In this document: piece after piece, positions 48,200 through 57,986 of the stretch
Numbering within the stretch: position 1 is the first letter of the stretch
Layout: each line of letters opens with the position of its first letter
Position numbers and translations under genes: made by a program
Notes under the pieces: model-generated
The model's database searches: none
What the model was told of the DNA's origin: nothing
What the model saw: only the letters and a program-made list of their open reading frames with translations
From: a virus
Virus record (IMG/VR): IMGVR_UViG_3300035150_000015
Span: 1-64,000 of that record
Reading direction: 5' to 3' (one strand)
Length of the DNA stretch: 64,000 bases

Positions 48200-48823
48200 T
48201 CACACACCCAGACGATACTTATTAGCAAATTTGTGGAACTCTTCGTTGAGACGCCAATTGTTGCCATTCAAGGCCCCAAAGGCAATGTGCCCCATCTCAT
48301 GAGCAAAAGCGGTGCTTTCAACAGGAGTGTCGGCTTTCTCAAAAGCCACCCGACTACTACGCCCACTGGTAAGGCCAGCAAACTTAACCTTAGCGCCACT
48401 CATCCTCTCATGATCCAAGTAAGGACCCTCTTCGAATCGAACAAAGTTGTAGTCCTCGCTCAGAGCGCGATAGGCCTTGACGTACTTGTGGTCTACACCA
48501 CCCTCAAGAACATTGGGCCACTTGGCCAACATATCCTCGATCACCTGCTCACATTCCTTCTTAGTGACATTGTAACCGTTCCGGAACACACAAATCCTGT
48601 GAGCGGTCACGAAATCAATGCCCTTGTTGAAATCCCACCTCATCCAGATACGAACCGGCCACAACATAGCTAGAAGGGCAGCTACAATCCACGTTATGAC
48701 GAAAGCTTCGGCCCTGGTCCCAGGGTCAGCCTTCAGCTGGATGTAAGTGGCAATCCCAATACCGACTAGGCCAAAAAGCCCAAGAATTGAGTCTCTGAGA
48801 CGAAAAATTGGGGGCTTGTTCAT
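48200..48823 (-). CDS. membrane protein with two TM helices and HEXXH motif
   Basis: Two hydrophobic segments; FAHEMGH. Confidence 0.6.
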   Translation of the reverse strand: MNKPPIFRLRDSILGLFGLVGIGIATYIQLKADPGTRAEAFVITWIVAALLAMLWPVRIWMRWDFNKGIDFVTAHRICVFRNGYNVTKKECEQVIEDMLAKWPNVLEGGVDHKYVKAYRALSEDYNFVRFEEGPYLDHERMSGAKVKFAGLTSGRSSRVAFEKADTPVESTAFAHEMGHIAFGALNGNNWRLNEEFHKFANKYRLGV

Positions 48824-48864
48824 CTGTAACCGCTCCTTACTACAGGGGTGGGATTACAAGAGGA

Positions 48865-49503
48865 CTAGATGAGCATCAAGTCCACATAGCCCTGACAATC
48901 AACCTCTACCAATGCCTCAGCTGTGTAAAAGGCCACCTGAAGAGTGGCAGTGGTTCCCCCCACGGAAAGGCGAAAGGCTGGGTTCCCTGCAGAGAAATCC
49001 CCCGAAAAGCAACTAGAGACGTTCGTGTATTGAGGCGTGGTCAAGACGCCCCCATTATTGGCTACTGTGAGTAAGCTCTCCTGAACGAAAACCCCTTGAA
49101 CTGAAGTGGGATCCCTGAAAACACCGTAGGAAGACACGAACAAAGCTGTATTCGAAGGTAACTCTATGGCGACACCGGTAGAAACGGCCGTCGGACCGGT
49201 AGTGCTGCAAGTCCAGGGAACCCTCTGAAGAACCTTGGACTGAGTATTAACTGACCCTACCCAAGCCCCCAAAGGCTGAGGAAGAGCAACAGGCTTCCAC
49301 GAAGACGAGGCACCTTCCCACGTCAAAACATCTCCATCAGCTGGGGCATCTGATGCCACAGTCCGACTCTGAAGAGTGGAAACTGCTTTCGGGGTCCACT
49401 TCAAACTGGCCTGGTCCCAAACCAGAACATACCCCTCTGAAGGAACACTTGTAGCAACTTCTCTGCCGCGTATCCCTGTAACAGTGCTGTCTGTGTCGCT
49501 CAT
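48865..49503 (-). CDS. short fibre-like virion protein
   Basis: Two PxxGxVLxW...W.P repeats plus a beta-rich tip. Confidence 0.6.
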   Translation of the reverse strand: MSDTDSTVTGIRGREVATSVPSEGYVLVWDQASLKWTPKAVSTLQSRTVASDAPADGDVLTWEGASSSWKPVALPQPLGAWVGSVNTQSKVLQRVPWTCSTTGPTAVSTGVAIELPSNTALFVSSYGVFRDPTSVQGVFVQESLLTVANNGGVLTTPQYTNVSSCFSGDFSAGNPAFRLSVGGTTATLQVAFYTAEALVEVDCQGYVDLMLI

Positions 49504-49526
49504 GCCAACGCAAATCTACAAGAGGA

Positions 49527-52013
49527 CTAGGTCTGCGATCTTTTCCGGAAATAGCTTTCGTCCTTAGCCAATCCAGACCTGAGTAGTTTTTCCCTCCTTC
49601 TGTGCTCCGGGCAACAGTACGTCATAGAATTCTTAGGAGAAGTGTCCGTAAAATCAACTCCACAGTAACGATACCCACACTTTTTGACCCTGCCCTCAAG
49701 ATCCTTAGCCTCCCTACAGGACGGACAATACTTGAAGTTGCCTAATTTCTCAGTTTCCCATTGAGACCCACACAGAAAACAGGTAAACTTTCTGACCCCA
49801 GAGACAGGGTGCTTTTCCCTTAAAACCCGTCGCCTATATCGAGCATAACAGGCAGCACTGTGAAAGTTAGCCGACTCAGTGGCCGACTTGAACTCAATCC
49901 CGCACCCCTTGCATACACGAAAACTTCCTTTCGGAGTCAAACAACCTTTACATAGCCCGGAAGTCAGTGACTTGAACGGGGCCACCTTTCCACAAGAAGA
50001 GCACGATGAGATCCTCTGGCTGCCCCCATAAGAGGTGTTTGGCAAAGAATAGCAGACACCTTTCACCCAGCACAGAACCGATTCAGAACGGGATTCTGTA
50101 CCAGGGCTAGGCAAGTAATAGAGTAACTTCTCCGCCCTCCCCAAACCCAACTCAGCCACCAGTCGAAGAGTATCCTCGACCAACGGGTAGTCACGATCCC
50201 AAAGTCTGAAATCGTCTACATTGACTACAAGCCATCCCCCGGACTTGAGAGCCAACACACTTTTCTCTAAGACCTTTCTCCAAAAGAGGTTCAACCAATC
50301 TTCGTAAGTACAGTACTCTTCCCGACACCAATAAGGAGGTGAGGTCAGGACCATGTCCACATTCTCAGGAAATGTGGCTTCCTCGGACATCTCACACCGA
50401 ATGTCAACAGTACCTTTCAAGTCTGGAAGGTACTGCCGGACCCAATCATTCAAACGAAGCAACCCAGCATGAGTCTCCGTAGAAGGGTCATACCCTACGT
50501 AGTTCGCTTGAGAGTTAGATAGCAATGTACCCAAAAGACGGCCACCATACCCAGCACAAGGGTCTAAGACTGTGCCCCCCGTACAACAGAACCTGTCCAC
50601 CAGAGCCTTTGCTGCCGAAGGCCTGAAATTGTATACCCCGGATCTTTTCCAAAGCCTTAGAGCAGCCCGCATTCTAGCAGGGTTAGGAACATCCCCAGAT
50701 TTCAGTATGAACCGAATCAGCTCTCTGAGTTGAAGGGGGTCCGAGAATAACTCTCGGGGGCTAGGGGCTCTGAAACTACTAGCCGACCAAATATGCTTCA
50801 TGATTCCCTGACAAATACCTTGGCCGGCCTGTCTGGCTTTGATTGCGCCATCTTGGATGACATGAGAAGGGTCAAGATTAAGTAGAACAGTGAGCTCTTC
50901 CGGACGGGGGACATGATAGGGAAATCCCGTTTCCGACCAAAACTTGAAGAATGCTTCCACGAGTACCTCTTTACCAGAGTCGTCTAATGTAGGCCATTGT
51001 TTCACTTCAGCTACCAAGCCACTAGGTACCAAGGACTCATTTGTACGCACTGGCTGACGAGCAATAGCCCCTCTCCAATACTTAGCCGGGAACTTGTAGA
51101 GCATGTCGGGAGGGGCGTGCTCCCGAATCATCTTGAAAAAGGCGTCGGCTGAACGGGCACGGATCCCTAGTCTCTGACAAGTAAGGCATACAGGACATTT
51201 GGAATAGACATCCAAATTGAATCGGTTTCCTACTATACTCAGTACAGACCTGAGTTCTTTTTCATCTACATTCCCCAAAGCTATTGTAGGCAAACCATCT
51301 CCCAAATGACCGTCGTCGAAGTACCAGTAAGCAAGGGACCTTGGAGTGAGCTCCTTCAGGATGGACTCCGGAAAGATCCGAACCCCCTCAGGATAAAAAA
51401 TGGATCGCATCTTACGCAACCACTCATGCTGAATTGTCTGAAAGCCAAACCCAAACGTCAGACGACCGTTCTTCATCTCCTTCTCCGCATACCGAATGGG
51501 GAGAGCGTGAGGAGAAAGAAGCTTATGTAGATGCCTGAGGTAGTCTATCTGCTCCTGGTAATGAGACACCTTGAAGACCCCCCTCTCCAATAAATGACCA
51601 TCCCCAAGAAGGACCCCTATGAAAGCCTCTTTCTGCTCCTCAGTCACCTCCTCATGAGAAGTTGACCGGTCACTCTTAGTCAAGGCAGGAATCCCGAATT
51701 CTTTCAGCTTAACTGAAATCGTTGGTTTGCTCACCCCGTAAAGAGCCCCTATCTCCCTCTGACCGAGAGAAGAGTACAAATCAGCCAACTTAGCAGGGGT
51801 TAGATCATCCAGGACTGGTTGACCCGGACGTTTGGCATCCCTTCTCTGTCTCAAAGAAATCGAAGGAATCCCGTACTTCCTTCGAAAGTAAGAAACGGCC
51901 ACATCGGACATACCCAAAAGGACTCCTATCTCAGCATCCGTATGCTCACGATACAGCTCTTCCAGGCGCTCTTTGGTCAGCCCTACTTCTTTAGCTCTGT
52001 TCCTACGTGCCAT
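49527..52013 (-). CDS. HTH + LAGLIDADG endonuclease + amino-DNA methyltransferase + zinc-finger fusion
   Basis: FIGVLLGDGHL and LAYWYFDDGHL; VLDPCAGYGG (SAM binding) and TSPPY; C-terminal CxxC array. Confidence 0.85.
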   Translation of the reverse strand: MARRNRAKEVGLTKERLEELYREHTDAEIGVLLGMSDVAVSYFRRKYGIPSISLRQRRDAKRPGQPVLDDLTPAKLADLYSSLGQREIGALYGVSKPTISVKLKEFGIPALTKSDRSTSHEEVTEEQKEAFIGVLLGDGHLLERGVFKVSHYQEQIDYLRHLHKLLSPHALPIRYAEKEMKNGRLTFGFGFQTIQHEWLRKMRSIFYPEGVRIFPESILKELTPRSLAYWYFDDGHLGDGLPTIALGNVDEKELRSVLSIVGNRFNLDVYSKCPVCLTCQRLGIRARSADAFFKMIREHAPPDMLYKFPAKYWRGAIARQPVRTNESLVPSGLVAEVKQWPTLDDSGKEVLVEAFFKFWSETGFPYHVPRPEELTVLLNLDPSHVIQDGAIKARQAGQGICQGIMKHIWSASSFRAPSPRELFSDPLQLRELIRFILKSGDVPNPARMRAALRLWKRSGVYNFRPSAAKALVDRFCCTGGTVLDPCAGYGGRLLGTLLSNSQANYVGYDPSTETHAGLLRLNDWVRQYLPDLKGTVDIRCEMSEEATFPENVDMVLTSPPYWCREEYCTYEDWLNLFWRKVLEKSVLALKSGGWLVVNVDDFRLWDRDYPLVEDTLRLVAELGLGRAEKLLYYLPSPGTESRSESVLCWVKGVCYSLPNTSYGGSQRISSCSSCGKVAPFKSLTSGLCKGCLTPKGSFRVCKGCGIEFKSATESANFHSAACYARYRRRVLREKHPVSGVRKFTCFLCGSQWETEKLGNFKYCPSCREAKDLEGRVKKCGYRYCGVDFTDTSPKNSMTYCCPEHRRREKLLRSGLAKDESYFRKRSQT

Positions 52014-52099
52014 AGTAAGGGAACCCTACTACAGCCCTAACATAAGATCAAGTGGTCTCTAGAACCACACCGGAGATAGGCCCCATAACCTAAATATAC

Positions 52100-52131
52100 A
52101 GAAGCCCCAGACAATTCTGTCTGAGGCTTCT
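52100..52131 (-). terminator. terminator-like hairpin after major capsid gene
   Basis: AGAAGCCTCAGACA-GAAT-TGTCTGGGGCTTCT followed by GTATATTT. Confidence 0.65.
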
Positions 52132-52161
52132 ATTTTACTCGAGAATTCCTGCTAGAATCTA

Positions 52162-53040
52162 TCAGGTGCGGGTGACCACGAGGCGCGTAAGACCACGGGG
52201 GTTGAAGGCCCCTATACCCAGATTCTCAAAGCAGCTGAAGCCAATCGTCCGAGCCTTGGGGTCATCGGCCGACAGGACGGTCAATTCCGTCCTTACGGGG
52301 ATGCGCCCAAAATTCTCGGGCTCACAGCAAACATACACGTAACCGGCTGGAACCAGACGGCTGGTGATGATCTGAGCGCCCCAGAGAGTGCTCTGGAGAC
52401 CGGTCTTGAGCAGGGTTGCCTGGGTCTCGATGTCCAGGATGTCCCGACCGAACTTACGGATGTCAGCGTAATCGGTCGCATTCATGTAAATGCGAGCAAC
52501 ACGCAGATCATGACGCTCGACCTCGGCGAAGGCGTCAGCAAGGACGCTCGGCGAAATCGGAGCCACAACGGCGATATCCGGATTGGTCTGGGCAGCCAGG
52601 GTGTCGAAACCAGAGACCGCGATCGAGTCGAGAACCGCGAAGACCCTCTCGTCCTCGGCCGCCTGAATCTGCGCACGGGCAAGATCCTGGGACCGCTCGA
52701 TGAGGTCAAAGCGCCGCTCCTTGATCTGCGTCAGAGGAATCTCGGGGTTCGAGGCAATCTCGAACAACGGGAAAATAACCCTGCGAGGCTTCTGGATAGC
52801 GACGATGTTCTCGCCCTCTTCGCCAACCACGTATGCAGTGACGTCGGGGTCCTTGTCGTAGATCGGAAGAGCGCCGTCGGGGAGCTCCTCAACGAGGAAG
52901 GTTTTACGTCCCACCGCAGTGTAGTCACGGCGAGAGCGGAGGGGCTGAACCATCGAAGCTGCGAGCTTGGCGCGACCGGCGGCGGTCTTGATATACTCAC
53001 TGATAATCCGTTGCTTTTGGGCGTTACTGACCTGATTCAT
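52162..53040 (-). CDS. major capsid protein (HK97 fold)
   Basis: 292 aa; GRAKLAASMVQPLR..DY..VGRKTFLVEELPDG..., strongly biased codons; follows protease, scaffold and decoration genes. Confidence 0.88.
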   Translation of the reverse strand: MNQVSNAQKQRIISEYIKTAAGRAKLAASMVQPLRSRRDYTAVGRKTFLVEELPDGALPIYDKDPDVTAYVVGEEGENIVAIQKPRRVIFPLFEIASNPEIPLTQIKERRFDLIERSQDLARAQIQAAEDERVFAVLDSIAVSGFDTLAAQTNPDIAVVAPISPSVLADAFAEVERHDLRVARIYMNATDYADIRKFGRDILDIETQATLLKTGLQSTLWGAQIITSRLVPAGYVYVCCEPENFGRIPVRTELTVLSADDPKARTIGFSCFENLGIGAFNPRGLTRLVVTRT

Positions 53041-53095
53041 GGCTTCTTCCTTAGGGAACTTTCTTTTCCAGGTTAGGGGTTTACGGCTCCCGGGC

Positions 53096-53695
53096 TCAGA
53101 TCCTCATGTCCAGTACCATTAGCGAGTTGTTCGCATCCGGTACGACCTTGAGAACGCCGACGATGGTGTAAGTGGTTTGCTCGAAGCAGTTGTTATCGTT
53201 ACCTGCATTGGTCAGAAGACCATTCGCCGAAGCGTACAGCGCGTCGCCAACTGCGTAGGTAAGAGCCGCAGCACTGTTGAGATCCTGAGTCTCATACAGA
53301 GTCACGCCCACAACGGACATGCCATTGAAGTACGGACCACGGTTCGAAGCCACACCAGGGGTGTTTTCGTAGGCATTGCCCACGGCGTCATTGATGAAAA
53401 GTCCGAGAGGCTTGCACGTAGCTGTACCAACGCCACCGGAGGTGTCAGGACCACCGATATAGCCGTTGCCAGCATCTCCACGGGTGAAAGCTACGCTGGC
53501 ACCCAAGACACCAGTCTTGGTGATACCAGATAGCGTAGTACTTACAGTAGTAGCCCCAGTGACCGTGGGAGGATTAGCCTGAGTGAAAGCGTCCGCCGCC
53601 ATGATACCGAGTGCATTTCGGTGTCCGACGTGGAAAATCTGGACTCGTCCACTAGTTTCCCGGTAGTCACCCGAGCTTTGACCATATGCTAGCAT
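53096..53695 (-). CDS. capsid decoration/cement protein
   Basis: PLGLF.ND..G..YEN, YAVGDALYASANGLLT; directly upstream of the capsid gene. Confidence 0.7.
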   Translation of the reverse strand: MLAYGQSSGDYRETSGRVQIFHVGHRNALGIMAADAFTQANPPTVTGATTVSTTLSGITKTGVLGASVAFTRGDAGNGYIGGPDTSGGVGTATCKPLGLFINDAVGNAYENTPGVASNRGPYFNGMSVVGVTLYETQDLNSAAALTYAVGDALYASANGLLTNAGNDNNCFEQTTYTIVGVLKVVPDANNSLMVLDMRI

Positions 53696-53757
53696 GTTTT
53701 CTTGCTCCTATTGGTTAGTTGCTTGCTGGGGTTGACCGATACTCATTCATATTTGGG

Positions 53758-54975
53758 TCAGCGACCAAAGGTCTGGGAGACGTCAGGGGACGTTGACCAA
53801 AGATTTGAAAGCTTATCAACATCGCTGTTGACATCGCTGGGGGAACTTCCACCTAACTTGGAAACGCCACCAGAGGGGCGAGTTCCAACGGTTCGGGTCG
53901 AAGCGGTTCGGACAGGAGTTTCCTTGGCAGGAGCCTCAAGATCCGTGGCGAACAGGGAACGAAGAACCTCATCCTCCTGGCCAGCAGTGACATCCAGACT
54001 CATCTCAGGGCTTTCGAGCTCAATCTCGAATTCACCTTCATTAGCCATCAGCATCTGCTCCTGGGACTGATCCATCTGGGGCTCTTGGGCCAACTGTGGA
54101 TCGAGCATCTGGCTTAGAAGCTGTTCGTCATCCACGGGCACCTGCTGCTGGACCTGAACCTCTTCCTGAACAGGCTGTTGCTGGGACATGAGCTGCTGCT
54201 GAAGCTGGGCCAGGAGCTGTTGCTGCTGCTCTTGGCTCATCTGGCACATAGCCTGGACAACCTTCTTCTGGACGTCTTCGTCCTCTTCGTCCTTCTTTTC
54301 CTGCTGATCAGCGGCCTGCTTCTCTTCCTGCTGCTCAGTTTCCTTCTTCTCTTCCTGCTGATCAGCGGCCTGCTTCTCTTGCTCAGCCTTATCTCCCTGC
54401 TCAGCTTCCTTCTTCTCTTCTTGCTGCTCGGTGGCTTGCTTATCTTGCTGGGCCTGAGCCTTCTCTTGCTGGGCCTGAGCCTTCTCTTCGTCAGCCTCAG
54501 CCTGCTCTTCGTCAGCTTCAGCCTCTTCCTCGTCGTCCTCGTCCTCGTCAGCGGCGGAAACTAGACGACTGGCAGTCTTAAGGAGCTCAGAATCAGAAAG
54601 GGTCATAAACGAAAGGGCCTGATCGACAAGAACATCGTCAGAAGCTGTCTTACCAAGCAAGGCGCGAGCGACATCAACACACAAATCGGCTTTTTTGATC
54701 AAAAACCCATGATCTTCGGCCGCTTTGAAGGTGTCGGACCTGAACTCGGGCATACCGATCTCGTTTCTACGAGTCTCATCACCCTCATACTCAGCCTTCC
54801 ACGTATCGCCAGACTCGTGTACATCCTCAGCAAACTCCGAAGGTCCACCAGTTTCGTACTCGGTGGCGGACGGCTGCTGCTGCAGGTGGTCCTGGTTCAT
54901 TGCCCGGGGATCTTCTGCCAATTTGGCAGCCAGGCTAGCAATCCGGTCTCGGTCCCATGTGGTGCGCTCGCGCAT
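53758..54975 (-). CDS. capsid scaffolding protein
   Basis: Acidic Gln/Glu-rich low-complexity protein with internal repeats, between protease and capsid genes. Confidence 0.7.
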   Translation of the reverse strand: MRERTTWDRDRIASLAAKLAEDPRAMNQDHLQQQPSATEYETGGPSEFAEDVHESGDTWKAEYEGDETRRNEIGMPEFRSDTFKAAEDHGFLIKKADLCVDVARALLGKTASDDVLVDQALSFMTLSDSELLKTASRLVSAADEDEDDEEEAEADEEQAEADEEKAQAQQEKAQAQQDKQATEQQEEKKEAEQGDKAEQEKQAADQQEEKKETEQQEEKQAADQQEKKDEEDEDVQKKVVQAMCQMSQEQQQQLLAQLQQQLMSQQQPVQEEVQVQQQVPVDDEQLLSQMLDPQLAQEPQMDQSQEQMLMANEGEFEIELESPEMSLDVTAGQEDEVLRSLFATDLEAPAKETPVRTASTRTVGTRPSGGVSKLGGSSPSDVNSDVDKLSNLWSTSPDVSQTFGR

Positions 54976-55020
54976 GGTTAATCACCTTTCCTGCCCAGAG
55001 AGGGCATATAAAGAGATTCT

Positions 55021-57984
55021 CTACGATCCTAGGTCGTAAAGTCTCCCTTTTGTAATTAGGGCGTCCCTCTCGGAGCCCTGCAGGTCTCTACCAATCACCC
55101 GCCGACAAGCGGCGAGATAGCTATTCAGATCCTCGTAAACAGAAAAACCGCCGACACTTACTACGGTTTTATATATTCTGGATTCACCTGCGATCCTCGG
55201 CGTATCCGTGAACTCATCAAGGAAACGAGATACAGCCAGAATCTCTGTTCCGTTTAACCGGCCAGAGGCTTGTACGGCCCTCCAGCCGCCATTCTTGTGG
55301 AGTAGAAGACCATACAATACCTTACGCGCCAATACACAATTAGGTATTCTAGACCCCACCTTCTCAGCAATCATTCTCCAAGAAGCATTCTTGGTGAAGG
55401 CCTCCTTGATGAGAGTCTCGTTAAGGTTCTCATCCAAAGTTGGGTTTTCCCCCTTCCCAATCTGCTCCCGAACCTTCTCCACAGCTTTTTCCCTGAGGAA
55501 CTCAGCTAGGTCCCCGACAGCCTGGTCCAAAGGATCGTCCTCGGTCTTCTTCTCTTCTTTGGGCTCACCACCAAATTCCCCACCCTCACCAAAGTCGAAG
55601 CCTTCCTCACCAGCCGCAGACAAAAGGCTGGCGGCCCTCTGGAAGGCTCCCAAGTCGGTCACTCGGGCAGCTTGTGAGAAGGCCACCTGAACCTTGTTCC
55701 GGATCTGTTTTATTTCAGAGGGGGTCAAAATATTGCGCAACACAGCCCCAGTGAAGGCTGGGTGAGCTACCCAACTAGCTTCGATGAACTTGACGCTATT
55801 TGGGTCAGATCGGTGACCACAAAGCTCAGCAATTTTACGTTTGTTGCCCAGGCCATCCAAGTAGGTCTGGCCCTTCATATAGCGAATATGTGGGCAATTA
55901 TGGACCGCCACCCCCTCTACAACATATGAATGGTCCTCTTCAACCCCAACATTATGCACTGGACCAGAATACAGCTCCGAGAATACCCCCCTGACTCTGT
56001 AGACAAACCAGTTTCCAACTCGCTTAAATCCACCATTAGTTAGCGAGGCCATTGTCACCCGAGCTGTTTCTCGATCTTCAAACCGAGCTTCTCCTGAGAA
56101 TCCAACAGGCTCTGGACAAGTTACAGAAAAACTTGGGAGCCATCCTCTTTGATCACGGATCGTTACTGACCCGTCCCCGTTCACAACCTCCTGAACAGTG
56201 GCGAGCTTACCTCCAAAGACGATAGCTCGACGAGCATACATCTCGCAACGAGCCGCAAGCACGTGCATTTGGCTACACAAGTTGAAAGAAGCCGTGTTTC
56301 CCCGAATACCATTAGCATTCTGGGTTCCATCTCCGCCAAGCCAACATTTGAGTACGTGTGCTTGAACACTAGAAGGCCACAACATCACCTCTCGAGAAAG
56401 TCGCTTAGCACTTGCATATTCCCCACAATGCCTGAAGAAAAACGCAGCTGCTTCCTGATCCATAAGTCGGACAGAACATGAGGACCCATTATCATAGATT
56501 CGAGGGAGGACATCGTGACAAGCCTCTTGAACCCAACAACGACCACACACCTTGCATTTATAGCAGTCGTCCCGACCAGGTTTGAATCTAGCGTTTAGGG
56601 CATATTCTGAAGGAGCCTCACATGAAGGACATGATACCTCTTCAGGTATTGAACGACTCGTTGACCGACGCTTAACTTGCTTGGTCCCTCGCTCCTGAAC
56701 GAGCTGTTTCCACTGCACCGACACTGGACGGCGTTTTCGTCCAAAGACTTCAGACAAGAGCCGAGAAGTTTCCTCTACCAAAGTAGTACGTTCATGAGAA
56801 CCAAAATCAAAACTCACCCCCACAAGCTCACCCTTACGCTTGATAAACGAGCCTTCAGCCGCGAAATAACCAATCAATCGGGCCTTTTCAATTGTAGCAT
56901 CAGTTGTCAACACCTCACCCTGAGGGATTGGGAACGCAAGGTAATCTCCAACTCGGATATCCTGAGCTTCCGTGAAATCAAACTTCACCTCGAACAAATT
57001 CCGCCACTCATCGAGGCTCACCACATCCCGAGAAGGGTTCGGATTTCGAAGTCTAGTGTTATGACCCGGTAGAAACCGACGCCTGAATGCCTTCTGACTC
57101 CCACGCTCATGTTCAACAGTTCTTTGTAGGGACTGACCACACCCGCAAGCACATTCGATCTCTGGACGAAGCACCCAGTAAGGGTGATCAGGAGTAGACA
57201 TCAACTTAGATGGAACCCCTTCGACATCCAAAACACTGAGTGAGCCTTCATGATGACTACTCATCACTTCCGTCACGGCACGAGCATTGCCCTTGTGGGT
57301 GATCAGCATATCGCCCACAACCACATCTTCAATCGGAACATATGTCCCATCTTGACGAAGCACTCTGGTGCCAGGAGGGAAGCAAAGTTGGGTTTCGTCC
57401 TCGGCCACATTCCCACACTTAGTGCAGGTCGTATGGCCGACCTGGCAGCCCATAGACATGGTCTGAACTTGTCTGGACTGAATCGCAGCCACCAAAGGCT
57501 TGTGTTTCAGAGCCGTGGCCACCAGGATATCAACATAGACAGAATCCCCAATATCCCTGGCCGCCGCATCAATGATTTTGCCCTTGGAGAGCTCGGGAAT
57601 TTGTAGATGCTCTACGTAGTTTTCACCCCCAATGAAAGTCTTGTAAGTAGCTAAAAGTAAACGCCTCTCCCACGCATCAAAATTGTTATTTATAAAACTC
57701 TGAGTTCCAGGGGTAATCAGAAAGTCCCCAAACTTCCGGTCAATCTCGAACCCGTCAATCATCTGCCGTCCCAGAGGGAGACCTGACTCCTCGGTATCTA
57801 CAGAAGCGATAATTGTAGCGTGGCTCAAAAGATATTCCTTGGGGTCATACTTCTGGATGACCTGAGAAGCCTTTTTACTGAAAAAGCCTTTTCCCGAAAG
57901 GGCTTTAGCCCTCACTTCATCCCACACCGGAAGTTTGACATCCGGTTGGATTACAGTGGCATTGGCATAACGCAAAAAGGCCAT
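55021..57984 (-). CDS. prohead protease containing an intein
   Basis: NYVEH, GKIIDA, TMSMGC, CTKCG, FIEASWVAHPAF; position between portal and scaffold. Confidence 0.8.
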   Translation of the reverse strand: MAFLRYANATVIQPDVKLPVWDEVRAKALSGKGFFSKKASQVIQKYDPKEYLLSHATIIASVDTEESGLPLGRQMIDGFEIDRKFGDFLITPGTQSFINNNFDAWERRLLLATYKTFIGGENYVEHLQIPELSKGKIIDAAARDIGDSVYVDILVATALKHKPLVAAIQSRQVQTMSMGCQVGHTTCTKCGNVAEDETQLCFPPGTRVLRQDGTYVPIEDVVVGDMLITHKGNARAVTEVMSSHHEGSLSVLDVEGVPSKLMSTPDHPYWVLRPEIECACGCGQSLQRTVEHERGSQKAFRRRFLPGHNTRLRNPNPSRDVVSLDEWRNLFEVKFDFTEAQDIRVGDYLAFPIPQGEVLTTDATIEKARLIGYFAAEGSFIKRKGELVGVSFDFGSHERTTLVEETSRLLSEVFGRKRRPVSVQWKQLVQERGTKQVKRRSTSRSIPEEVSCPSCEAPSEYALNARFKPGRDDCYKCKVCGRCWVQEACHDVLPRIYDNGSSCSVRLMDQEAAAFFFRHCGEYASAKRLSREVMLWPSSVQAHVLKCWLGGDGTQNANGIRGNTASFNLCSQMHVLAARCEMYARRAIVFGGKLATVQEVVNGDGSVTIRDQRGWLPSFSVTCPEPVGFSGEARFEDRETARVTMASLTNGGFKRVGNWFVYRVRGVFSELYSGPVHNVGVEEDHSYVVEGVAVHNCPHIRYMKGQTYLDGLGNKRKIAELCGHRSDPNSVKFIEASWVAHPAFTGAVLRNILTPSEIKQIRNKVQVAFSQAARVTDLGAFQRAASLLSAAGEEGFDFGEGGEFGGEPKEEKKTEDDPLDQAVGDLAEFLREKAVEKVREQIGKGENPTLDENLNETLIKEAFTKNASWRMIAEKVGSRIPNCVLARKVLYGLLLHKNGGWRAVQASGRLNGTEILAVSRFLDEFTDTPRIAGESRIYKTVVSVGGFSVYEDLNSYLAACRRVIGRDLQGSERDALITKGRLYDLGS
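55897..57384 (-). mobile_element. cis intein (496 aa) with LAGLIDADG endonuclease and two Cys-rich inserts
   Basis: TQL|CFPPGT, STPDHPY, IGYFAAEGS, KCWLGGDG, VHNVGVEEDHSY, AVHN|CPH. Confidence 0.95.
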
Positions 57985-57986
57985 TC

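Noticed and set aside
52162-53040. Encapsulin shell with ferritin-like cargo
   Set aside because: Portal, protease, scaffold, decoration and tail genes show it is a phage capsid.
54170-54560. Short tandem repeats in the scaffold gene
   Set aside because: Ordinary in-frame low-complexity Gln/Glu/Lys repeats.
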